The notes: generated by a model not told the origin, from the letters alone. Shown: positions 1-8,246, numbered from the stretch's first letter. The stretch is 14,424 nucleotides of DNA from Oligoflexales bacterium (GCA_045105515.1 JBGCDR010000112.1:1-14424); one strand, 5' to 3'. Numbers and translations: made by a program.

Positions 1-412
1 ATTGTTAGATTATGCTTGAATAGTCAAAAAAATACATCTCAAATATTTTTGACAACAAAAATTTTGTTAAAAAAATATGCTGAACCCATTTTAACGTACT
101 TCAAAATTTGGTTAAAAGCTTACTTGAATCAACCCTGGCCAGATATCACTAGACTTTGAACGGAATCATTAACGTTTATAGGCAATGCTCAGCTTGGAGC
201 TGGGAGAGTCTAAAAGATTGATTGTTTCAATTTTGGTAAGTTATTTCATATACAGCTGCGATGAATTAAATGCCTGATATTATGGAGTAATATCTCCTTT
301 CTATGTGCTTGGATGTAAAAGTTTTTAAGTATTTTGAGTATAAGATCTTTATTTAAGATGTGCTTGTCCGATCAATAGTAGGGCTAGTTTTATCTTACAA
401 CTTCGAGTATCG

Positions 413-2680
413 GTGAGTCTTATGGTGGAAAGATACAAAAATTTTTTCGATAAATCATTGGAGATGCTTTGCATCGCTGACAAAGAGGGAAAGTTTGTAG
501 AACTAAATCCCAGGTGGAGCGAGGTTCTTGGTTATTCAGCTGATGAGTTACTGTCGCAACCTTATATAAATTTTGTTCATCCTGATGATCAAGAACGTAC
601 TATCACGCAAGCGAAAAAAATCTTACAGGAAAATAAACGAATTATTAGCTTTGAAAACAGGTATAGAAAAAAGGATGGGAGTTATATATGGCTTAGCTGG
701 AATTCTACCCTTTCTTCGGATGGTTATCTTTATGCAGTGGCAAGAGAAATAACTTCAGACAAAGACATGAGAATGATACTTGAAAAACTCCAAGAAGCTG
801 GAAAAATTGGTTTTTGGTCTTTTGCAGAGGGCGATACTTCTCCTACGTGGAGTTCGGGGACTTACAAAATCCATGGTGTTTCCTTGGAAGATCAAGTTCA
901 ATTAAGTGAAGCTATAGATTTTTATGTGGGAGAGTCCCGTGAGCGAATTACTCAGGATTTTGGAGCTTCTCTTGAAGAGGGGAGTAATTTTGACGGAGTC
1001 TATCGATTTAAATCAAAGGACGGAGTGCTAAAATGGGTTCGTAGTATTGGTATTCCCAAATTGGATTCAGCAGGAAAAGTTAAGGAAGTCCAGGGAATAT
1101 TCCAAGATGTCACAAAAGAAAAGCAGTTTGAAGAGAAAATAGAAGCTTATGGAAAAAGACTTGAGTTAGCGCTTGCTACTTCAGAAATCGGTGTTTGGGA
1201 ATACAACATCAGTGATAGTAGTTTAGCCTGGGATGAGCGGATGTTCTCTATCTATGGCACAAAACCAGAAAATTTTAGTGGCACTGTAGAGTCTTGGAAT
1301 CAAAGTTTGCACCCAGATGATTTGGAAAAAGCTCAGCAGGATTTACAGTCAGCTCCTTCGAATAATGGAATATTTAACAGTGAATTTAGGATCTTATTTC
1401 CTAATGGAGAAGTGAGGTTTATCAAGGCCAAAGCCCAGACTTTATATGATAGTAAGGGAGCTCCTAGCAAGATGATTGGGGTGAATTGGGATATAACGGA
1501 CTCAAAAATGAATGCCGAGTTGCTTAGAACCGAAAAAGAAAAAGCTGTTCAAGCTAGTAAAGCAAAATCAGATTTTTTATCACATATGAGTCATGAAATT
1601 AGGACTCCTATGAATGGAATGTTAGGATATTTATCACTGTTATCTGAATCTCAACTTGATCAGGAGCAGGAAGGATTTGTAAAAACTATTTTAGAAAGTG
1701 CATCTTCTTTGCATTCACTGATAAATGATATTCTTGATTATTCTAAAATCGAAGCTGGTAAGATGACCTTGTCGGTTTCACTTGTGGAAATTGGAAGCCT
1801 TATAGAAAAGGTCTGTAGCCTTTTTCGTGCATCAATAGCGGCAAAAGGAGTTGTATTAAAAAGCGAAATTAAAATAATGGAATCAGGTGCTGCACTAATT
1901 GATGAAGTACGGGTCAAGCAAATACTTAGTAATATCCTGGGTAATGCAGCCAAGTTTACCCACAAAGGGGAGATTGTTGTTTCTGCAAGTTATGATCAAA
2001 TTAACAAATCTATGATTTTTAAAGTTCGCGATACAGGCATCGGAATCGATACAAATCAAATCAAAAAAATATTTGATCCATTCCAACAATCTGAGGATTC
2101 AGTGCTGAATACCCTACAAGGAACTGGTCTTGGTTTAGCAATAGTGAACCAACTAATCCAACTAATGGCGGGTAAGATTACATGCGAAAGTATTCCTGGT
2201 CAAGGCTCCGAGTTCACGGTGAGTATTCCGGCGGAATTGTCTTCGTCGAATAGTGAAAGAAGCACTACACAAGCGAAAAAATCGATGGACTTTAGGGCCA
2301 AAGAGAATAAATTGGTCTTAGTTGTTGATGATAATCCTACTAATCGAACTTTAATTAAGCTTAGATTGGAGAAAATGGGTGTTGAAAGTGATTTAGTTGA
2401 GTCAGGTGAAGAAGCAATAGAAAAAGTTAAAAAAGTGAAGTACGATTTAATATTCATGGATATTAATATGCCGGGGATGGATGGCTATACAGCTGCCAAA
2501 GAAATTTATGCACTCTTAAAGGTAGATAGTCCTCCAATATACGCTCTTACAGCAAATGCCTTTGAAGATGATATTAAGAAGACAATGAAAAATGGTTTGG
2601 CGGGTCATTTAAGCAAGCCCATAAGTAAAGATGATTTATATAAAATATTGGAACAAGCCAATATCGGTAAAGCTAGCTGA
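413..2680 (+). CDS. PAS/PAC-domain hybrid sensor histidine kinase / response regulator (cytoplasmic)
   Basis: 755-aa ORF with three PAS/PAC-like repeats (FVHPDD...FENRYRKKDGSYIWL; SKDGVLKWVRSIG...GIFQDVT; LHPDD...PNGEVRFI...GVNWDIT). Kinase motifs: H-box FLSHMSHEIRTPMNG, N-box QILSNILGNAAKFT, G1 DTGIGI, F-box IFDPFQQ, G2 GTGLGL. C-terminal receiver: VVDDN, IFMDINMPGMDG, ALTA, KP. No transmembrane stretch. Start is GTG 413 or ATG 422. Confidence 0.96.
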   Translation: MSLMVERYKNFFDKSLEMLCIADKEGKFVELNPRWSEVLGYSADELLSQPYINFVHPDDQERTITQAKKILQENKRIISFENRYRKKDGSYIWLSWNSTLSSDGYLYAVAREITSDKDMRMILEKLQEAGKIGFWSFAEGDTSPTWSSGTYKIHGVSLEDQVQLSEAIDFYVGESRERITQDFGASLEEGSNFDGVYRFKSKDGVLKWVRSIGIPKLDSAGKVKEVQGIFQDVTKEKQFEEKIEAYGKRLELALATSEIGVWEYNISDSSLAWDERMFSIYGTKPENFSGTVESWNQSLHPDDLEKAQQDLQSAPSNNGIFNSEFRILFPNGEVRFIKAKAQTLYDSKGAPSKMIGVNWDITDSKMNAELLRTEKEKAVQASKAKSDFLSHMSHEIRTPMNGMLGYLSLLSESQLDQEQEGFVKTILESASSLHSLINDILDYSKIEAGKMTLSVSLVEIGSLIEKVCSLFRASIAAKGVVLKSEIKIMESGAALIDEVRVKQILSNILGNAAKFTHKGEIVVSASYDQINKSMIFKVRDTGIGIDTNQIKKIFDPFQQSEDSVLNTLQGTGLGLAIVNQLIQLMAGKITCESIPGQGSEFTVSIPAELSSSNSERSTTQAKKSMDFRAKENKLVLVVDDNPTNRTLIKLRLEKMGVESDLVESGEEAIEKVKKVKYDLIFMDINMPGMDGYTAAKEIYALLKVDSPPIYALTANAFEDDIKKTMKNGLAGHLSKPISKDDLYKILEQANIGKAS

Positions 2681-2864
2681 AAATCTATGAGAACTCTTGA
2701 TGCCCAAAGTTTTGATCTAGAAATATAGAGCAATTATGATCACTGGTCATAAAACGCTTTTTTGCAAGAGACCTTGAAAAAATATAAATAAAAATGTACT
2801 TATATCCCCGACGTGCTATTCAGAAGCATTGAAGATATTTTAAATTTATTCAATAGGCGATTCT

Positions 2865-4241
2865 ATGATTCCTCGGAAATGTTATTTTACTGCTTTTGCT
2901 TATCTCCAATCCTACGCTCTTTTGACTTATTCAGGTGGAAGCCTTGCTGAAAAAAATAGAAGAAATTTTGAAATTCCTCTAGCGATTGAGGCTACGGCTT
3001 CAGCAACTCTTGAAGCAAATAAAATACGCAATGAAAGACTCGAGCAAAATAAGGTGGTTTATGATTGGGGATTAGGAGCTAACCCTATGCCAGTTCCTGA
3101 AAAGATAAAGAAAGCTGTGGCTGACAATTGTTGGGAAAAATCCTATGGATCTCCTCGTGGTATTTCTGAGTTAGGTGAGATCATAGCAAGCAGGTATAGT
3201 CTTCCGAACTACAGATTAGCGAAAGAAAATGTGATAGTTGCTCCGGGATTAAAACAGCTTCTAAACGATGTTCAATTGGCTTTCGCTGGTCCTATAGTTC
3301 ATATTACACCTCATTGGGTATCCTATGATGAACAGGTGAAGATACATCATAAGCAATCTTATAAGATTGAAACATCAGATGATACTGCTTACATGTTGAC
3401 TCCTATTCATATCGAAAAATTTATTTCCAACAATCCTTCTATAGCACAGCAAACAAAGTTGGTGATTTTCAATCATCCAACAAACCCTACCGGTGTGGCT
3501 TATTCTAAGGAAGAAATTATTAGTTTAGCTAGAGCTTTTACTGAGCATAATTTTATCGTATTTGCTGACGAAGTCTATCTGGGTAATACATATGATGGGG
3601 AAACAATAAGTATAGCTGAATGGATGCCGGAGCGAACAATCAGAGCAAGTAGTCTTTCTAAGGAGTATGGTCTTGGAGGTTATAGACTTGGCTGGGCTAC
3701 TTTCCCTAATAGTTTGAAACCTCTTAATGATCTTATGTTTGCAATTGGAACAAGTTCGTATTCTTGCGCTTCAAAACCAGCCCAATATGCAGCTATAGCG
3801 GCGCTTTCGGGTGGAGAGGAAATTGATTCTTTTATTCAGAAAGGAAGGTCAATTTTCGAAGCTGCTGCAGCAGTGCTTGCTGCTCGATTCAGAGAATTAG
3901 ATCTATTAACTGTTGCGCCAAATGCTGCCTGGTATTTTCTCTTGGACTTTTCTAAATATCAAAATCAACTAAAAAGAAATGGCATCAACGATTCCATAGA
4001 GCTGTGTGCACGCTTGGCAAAAGAACTGGGGATTATTTTTGTTCCAGGCGAAGCTTTTGGTCTTAAGTCACCTAGCTTTAAAGTGAGGGCCAGTTTTGTA
4101 GACTTTAAACCAGTTGAAGCCCTGGCGTGGTTAAAGAATCGGAATACTACTTCAGACCATAGAGAAGGAAGGGCCCCACCTTGGATGAATAAAATGCTAG
4201 AAAGTACTAAAGAACTCGAACAATGGTTAAACAAGATGTAG
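2865..4241 (+). CDS. PLP-dependent aminotransferase class I/II (aspartate aminotransferase-like)
   Basis: Motifs GLGANPMPVP, NHPTNPTG, FADEVY, SLSKEYGLGGYRLG (PLP lysine) and VPGEAFG...VRASF. About 30 extra N-terminal residues precede the typical SATL motif region. Confidence 0.92.
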   Translation: MIPRKCYFTAFAYLQSYALLTYSGGSLAEKNRRNFEIPLAIEATASATLEANKIRNERLEQNKVVYDWGLGANPMPVPEKIKKAVADNCWEKSYGSPRGISELGEIIASRYSLPNYRLAKENVIVAPGLKQLLNDVQLAFAGPIVHITPHWVSYDEQVKIHHKQSYKIETSDDTAYMLTPIHIEKFISNNPSIAQQTKLVIFNHPTNPTGVAYSKEEIISLARAFTEHNFIVFADEVYLGNTYDGETISIAEWMPERTIRASSLSKEYGLGGYRLGWATFPNSLKPLNDLMFAIGTSSYSCASKPAQYAAIAALSGGEEIDSFIQKGRSIFEAAAAVLAARFRELDLLTVAPNAAWYFLLDFSKYQNQLKRNGINDSIELCARLAKELGIIFVPGEAFGLKSPSFKVRASFVDFKPVEALAWLKNRNTTSDHREGRAPPWMNKMLESTKELEQWLNKM

Positions 4242-5051
4242 CTATCCTTGTTTTTCCTTTAACACTAATGGGCAGTCACTAGGGTCATCACCAAAGCACT
4301 GAAGAAGACTTCCGCTTGATTTTTTAAAATCATCAATATTGTATGGTTTGTATCGAAAATTAGGATAAGATCCAGATTGAGGTTTCAAGTATGAAAGAAG
4401 AACCAATGATTGATCGTATTTAATTGAGAAATAGAGACATCCTAAAGCATTTTTACCATCTTTACTGACATCTACTCCCATAAATTGTAAACTGTCCAAA
4501 GCATCAGGATCCATAATTCCACTTTTCCCACTCCAGTTACCGATGCCATATTTATCCCAGCTACAGCTAGGCTTATCACATTGGTATTGGCGTTCTACAT
4601 CTCGAGCTTGTGGGCAATAAGCTACTTGAGAGGGATTCGACTCACTTTTCTCCAATGCCGAAAATAAGCCTGATTGGAATTGCGGAATATTTAATTCAGA
4701 ATCTGGACATCCTTGAAAGTTAAATCCAATAGAATTTTCATGCATAAGAGGGTGTGCTTGTTTACTAACAGCACAGCTCCAATTACGGTGAATCATTCCT
4801 AGGCCATCATTATGATCTGCGAATGAATAAGTTTCTTTAGCATTTGCTTTTAATTTAAGCCTTACCTCTCGCACTTGTTGGTAACTCCAGCCTCCATGAT
4901 ACACTCTACAAGCTAAGTTAATTTCTGAGGAGGAAGGGTTAACAATGGACCATGTGGTGGGGTAATCGAAGCCACAAGATTGGGCATAGGATGTTATAGA
5001 TGAAAAGAAGCTTGCCTTTCCCAGTAGTGCAATCATTAATAATCGCTTCAT
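4242..5051 (-). CDS. Cys-rich secreted hypothetical protein
   Basis: Long ORF. GGAG RBS (5057-5060, minus strand) sits 5 nt before ATG 5051, favouring this start over GTG 5057. N-terminus MKRLLMIALLGKASFFSSITSYA looks like a Sec signal peptide; the mature part has 10 Cys. Confidence 0.8.
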   Translation of the reverse strand: MKRLLMIALLGKASFFSSITSYAQSCGFDYPTTWSIVNPSSSEINLACRVYHGGWSYQQVREVRLKLKANAKETYSFADHNDGLGMIHRNWSCAVSKQAHPLMHENSIGFNFQGCPDSELNIPQFQSGLFSALEKSESNPSQVAYCPQARDVERQYQCDKPSCSWDKYGIGNWSGKSGIMDPDALDSLQFMGVDVSKDGKNALGCLYFSIKYDQSLVLLSYLKPQSGSYPNFRYKPYNIDDFKKSSGSLLQCFGDDPSDCPLVLKEKQG

Positions 5052-5108
5052 AGTCACTCCAATAATATAAAGTTGTACAATTCTATTTGCTTATAGATTT
5101 ATCGGAGT

Positions 5109-5130
5109 AAAGTCTTGTTGACAAGACTTT
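5109..5130. promoter_or_regulatory. Perfect 10-bp inverted repeat, putative operator
   Basis: AAAGTCTTGT-TG-ACAAGACTTT lies about 58 nt upstream of the minus-strand start at 5051. The 2-nt spacer is too short for a good RNA hairpin loop, so a protein-binding site is more likely than a terminator. Confidence 0.45.
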
Positions 5131-5261
5131 TTGCAGGTGTGAAACTTTGAATATTCCAGATGATTAAAATGATCTTTGAGATATGCTTCCAAAGTAAAAT
5201 GAAGCTTGAAATCTAGGGCTAGTTAGCACTTTTCAAAATAGAGCATGATTTTTACCAAATA

Positions 5262-6266
5262 TCACTCGATAATATAGTTTAAAAAACCTTTTGAGTGAAT
5301 AAGCTTCAGAAGCTCAGAGGCGCGAGCTATAACCAATTTGGATTTTTGCTGAAAGCCTGAAACTTCATAGCCATGCAAGCCAATTTCCGAAGCAAAATCA
5401 TCTAAGTCATCACAGAACTCTTGGATTGCTGTTCTTAAATATTCTGGTAAAAAATAATTGTAGTTTTCTCTATGTTTCTTGAGGAGAAATCTAAAAATTT
5501 TGTAGTCAATATAGTGAAGCCTTGTGTCTAGCTTGAGGCGCTTCAACTCTTTGATAATTCGTATATCAGAAACAGGGACCTGTGTAAGATCGATCAATTG
5601 ATCAAATGCTATAGTTCCTAATTGAATTTCGCAAGTGATGGGCGAATTAGGGTATTTTAGATGCAAATGAATTCGTGGATATCCAAATTTCATCGGCTCT
5701 AGTGGTCTTTTTGGTTGCTGCATTTTGATGATCTGAAATCCATGCTTTATGGCAACTTGACTAGCTACATGAGCAGCATTACTAACTTCCTGAAAATTTG
5801 TTAAATTAATTCGAGCGCGTACAATATCCGACAGCTGACTTGGCGAAAAGAAATTACGCTGATCAATTTTGCGTACTATTTTTTTGTGGAGTTCATCATA
5901 GTCTATTCCCTTTGTATTTACCTTGAAAGAGTATTCTTCAAGTCTATTATCCAGAGCTAGCTTATCTAGAGTTTCTTCACATATTACAGAGAGCTTGCCT
6001 TTCAACTCACTTGCGGCTTCGAATAACAATTCTTTATGTATTATAGGTATGTTAGAAAGATTTTCACGGTCTGTGTTTAAGATTTGATTGACCAGCTCAT
6101 TTTTTAAAACTGGTGCCAACCAGGGTATAAAAGTTGGTTCAAGAACCGCTGGATCCCGAGCATAATCGAGTTTTTTTAGTTTAGGGCTTGGAATGGTAGG
6201 AGAAAAAGACCCGGATTGGTGTACAAGTCCAAGTGCTAGTAGTACTTTAAATGGCAAAGAAATCAA
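5262..6266 (-). CDS. RelA/SpoT synthetase-domain protein (small alarmone synthetase-like nucleotidyltransferase), possible signal peptide
   Basis: The four SYNTH motifs appear in the right order and with plausible spacing: TK...KKIVRK (cf. RxKxxxSxxxK), LSDIVRARI (cf. DxxxxR), GYPRIH (cf. GYxSxH) and CEIQLGT (cf. EIQIRT). No HD hydrolase, TGS or ACT domain is evident. TTG start with AAGGGGA RBS (6274-6280) 7 nt upstream. Confidence 0.75.
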   Translation of the reverse strand: MISLPFKVLLALGLVHQSGSFSPTIPSPKLKKLDYARDPAVLEPTFIPWLAPVLKNELVNQILNTDRENLSNIPIIHKELLFEAASELKGKLSVICEETLDKLALDNRLEEYSFKVNTKGIDYDELHKKIVRKIDQRNFFSPSQLSDIVRARINLTNFQEVSNAAHVASQVAIKHGFQIIKMQQPKRPLEPMKFGYPRIHLHLKYPNSPITCEIQLGTIAFDQLIDLTQVPVSDIRIIKELKRLKLDTRLHYIDYKIFRFLLKKHRENYNYFLPEYLRTAIQEFCDDLDDFASEIGLHGYEVSGFQQKSKLVIARASELLKLIHSKGFLNYIIE

Positions 6267-6496
6267 TTCATTATCCCCTTGAAAAAGCGCCAGACATACC
6301 CTTATAAACCATAATATTGATTTTTGGTCAAATTTATATTCGCCGCGCTAAGCAGATTTAAAAACTGGGATTCTTAAGTAAATATTAATTTGGGCAAAGC
6401 ATTCTCGATATTGGAACAGTAACTTAGGTTGTTATTAACCATTGAACTGTAGTCTATTGATGGTAAGCTTAATTTAGTTTAATAAAGCCTGTCAAA

Positions 6497-6952
6497 ATGA
6501 CATTGTGGTTTATTATGAGCCTTATGCAAAAAAAATGTAAAGATAATAGCTTCCAGAAACATTTGGTGCTCTTTTTGGTTTCCTTGATGTTGATAAAGAG
6601 CTTCGCAAGTATCTTGCTTGTCCATCATGAGCATGATTTAGGTGAACCGCACAATAAAGAGGAGCATGCTCACATTATTTTTTCAGGATTCTCATTTTAT
6701 AAAAAATTGATTAATTTGAATTCTATTACCGAAGAATCACATGAACAAAAAAGCAATGGGGAGGATGCTAAAGATCACCAGCACCCTTTTCTCAATTTTA
6801 TATGTCCGCATTGTGCAATCAATATAAGATTAGGCAATGAACTTCCCATTTTAAGTCAATGGGAACAAGATGAACTTATCCATGAATCCCGCATTTCTGA
6901 AGGATTTACTTCCTCTATCCTTAAGCCTCCCATCTATAGGTCCTTTGTTTAA
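6497..6952 (+). CDS. His-rich, CxxC- and C-terminal PP-containing leader protein (DUF2946/CutF/CruR-like architecture)
   Basis: Hydrophobic segment HLVLFLVSLMLIKSFASILLV, His clusters (HHEHD, EEHAH, DHQH), CPHC at 6803-6814, and KPP at 6923-6931, seven residues before the stop. True start may be ATG 6515 or 6524. Confidence 0.65.
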   Translation: MTLWFIMSLMQKKCKDNSFQKHLVLFLVSLMLIKSFASILLVHHEHDLGEPHNKEEHAHIIFSGFSFYKKLINLNSITEESHEQKSNGEDAKDHQHPFLNFICPHCAINIRLGNELPILSQWEQDELIHESRISEGFTSSILKPPIYRSFV

Positions 6953-7118
6953 ACTTAGCAAATCTGTTTCAAAAATTTATTAGCTAAGCAGCAAGTGATT
7001 ACTTTTCATAATGTGTTGCTTTGCTAATTCAAAAAATCTGATCTCTTGTTTTGGACAATAGTCATTTGGGCTTTAAATGCCAAGCACTGTCTGAATTTAG
7101 ATTAAAGGAGCATATACT

Positions 7119-8246
7119 ATGGTTGCACATATTAACTATCAGCAGGTTAAATCCGCTGAAGATTATTCAAAGGCCCTTAAAAATGATGATTCGGCTCCCC
7201 AAGGTAGCCGAATTTCCAATAATTTAGGAGAAGCTCTAGGTCAAGTTCCGATTCTAAAGCTAGGAAGGGTTCACGAACTTTGTCAGCAGCATGATTTATA
7301 CTTTAAATTGGAATCCTGTAATCCTGGTGGAAGCATCAAGGAAAAGAATGCATCTTACCTTGTGGAACAAGCTGAAAAAATGGGTTTGCTTAAAAAAGGC
7401 GGTACTATTATTGAATCAAGCTCTGGAAATTTCGGAATTGGACTTGCGATGGTTGGGGCTGCTAAAGATTATCGTGTGAAGATTGTTGTGGATGAAAAAA
7501 CTTCTCCGACGATGCGCAAAATTCTTTTAGCACTAGGTGCTGAGCTTGTTGATGTTCCTCTTAGTCAAGCCGACGAAAATGGTTCTATGCAAATTGCTCG
7601 AATGAAAGTTGCTGCTTCCCTGACAGAAAGAATTCCCGGAGCATGGTATCCTTGCCAACATAAAAATCCAATGAATCCAGTGGCTCATACACTCTATACA
7701 GCTAGGGAAATTATTGCATCTTTTGGCCGTTGTCCAGATGCTATTGTCATTGGCATTAGTACAGCTGGGCAATTGTCAGGAATCAGTTCGTATTTCAAAA
7801 CCCACTATCCCACTGTAAAGATCATCGTGGTAGATGTGGCAGGCTCATGCATTCTAGGAACGCCTAGGCACGCTTACAAGATGACAGGGCTTGGTCTTTC
7901 TTTTATTCCACCCAACTTTCGCGAAGACTTTTGTGATGTTGGATACTCCGTAGAGGATGACTTAGCATTTTCTCTTTGTCGGCAAATTGCAAAAAAAGAG
8001 GGCCTTTTACTAGGAGGATCTACAGGTGCTATTCTCGCAGGTGGCCTAGCTTATGCGCAGGAGCAAACCAAAAAGAAAACAATTCTAATGATTAATCCAG
8101 ATCGTGGAGATCGATATTTAGAAACTGTTTATGATGACAACTGGATTTCAAATCAGGGTATAAATCTTTTGGAAGGCGAACATTTAAATGCGCGCATAGA
8201 CGATTTGGAGCCAGTTTTATTATTCAAACAAGGAACGAAATCATGA
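7119..8246 (+). CDS. Cysteine-synthase-family PLP enzyme, SbnA-like beta-replacement synthase
   Basis: KLESCNPGGSIKEK (PLP lysine), IIESSSGNFG, GISTAGQ, EGLLLGGSTG and PDRGDRYL. The ESxSGN, xSTxG and DRGDRYL variants resemble SbnA rather than CysK (EPTSGNTG, GVGTGGT). AAGGAG RBS at 7105-7110. Confidence 0.88.
   Translation: MVAHINYQQVKSAEDYSKALKNDDSAPQGSRISNNLGEALGQVPILKLGRVHELCQQHDLYFKLESCNPGGSIKEKNASYLVEQAEKMGLLKKGGTIIESSSGNFGIGLAMVGAAKDYRVKIVVDEKTSPTMRKILLALGAELVDVPLSQADENGSMQIARMKVAASLTERIPGAWYPCQHKNPMNPVAHTLYTAREIIASFGRCPDAIVIGISTAGQLSGISSYFKTHYPTVKIIVVDVAGSCILGTPRHAYKMTGLGLSFIPPNFREDFCDVGYSVEDDLAFSLCRQIAKKEGLLLGGSTGAILAGGLAYAQEQTKKKTILMINPDRGDRYLETVYDDNWISNQGINLLEGEHLNARIDDLEPVLLFKQGTKS

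Noticed and set aside
1..9. ATTGTTAGA at the window start matches part of the reverse complement of the putative IS end near 14295-14303, suggesting a composite transposon
   Set aside because: Only 9 nt match and the sequences diverge immediately afterwards; this is expected by chance in AT-rich DNA.
23..78. Overlapping inverted repeats GTCAAAAA/TTTTTGAC and AACAAAA/TTTTGTT
   Set aside because: Built mostly from A/T runs, far from the next start, and context upstream of the window is missing, so they cannot be distinguished from low-complexity coincidence.
1738..2457. Minus-strand ORFs 1738-1965, 1895-2089 and 2200-2457
   Set aside because: Antisense shadows inside the well-supported histidine kinase gene, with no motifs.
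3965..4234. 89-aa minus-strand ORF
   Set aside because: Antisense to the aminotransferase C-terminus, with no recognisable features.
4242..6266. Classical toxSAS toxin-antitoxin operon
   Set aside because: The neighbour is a secreted Cys-rich protein 210 nt away with its own upstream signals, unlike a coupled cytoplasmic antitoxin; kept only as a weak partner hypothesis.
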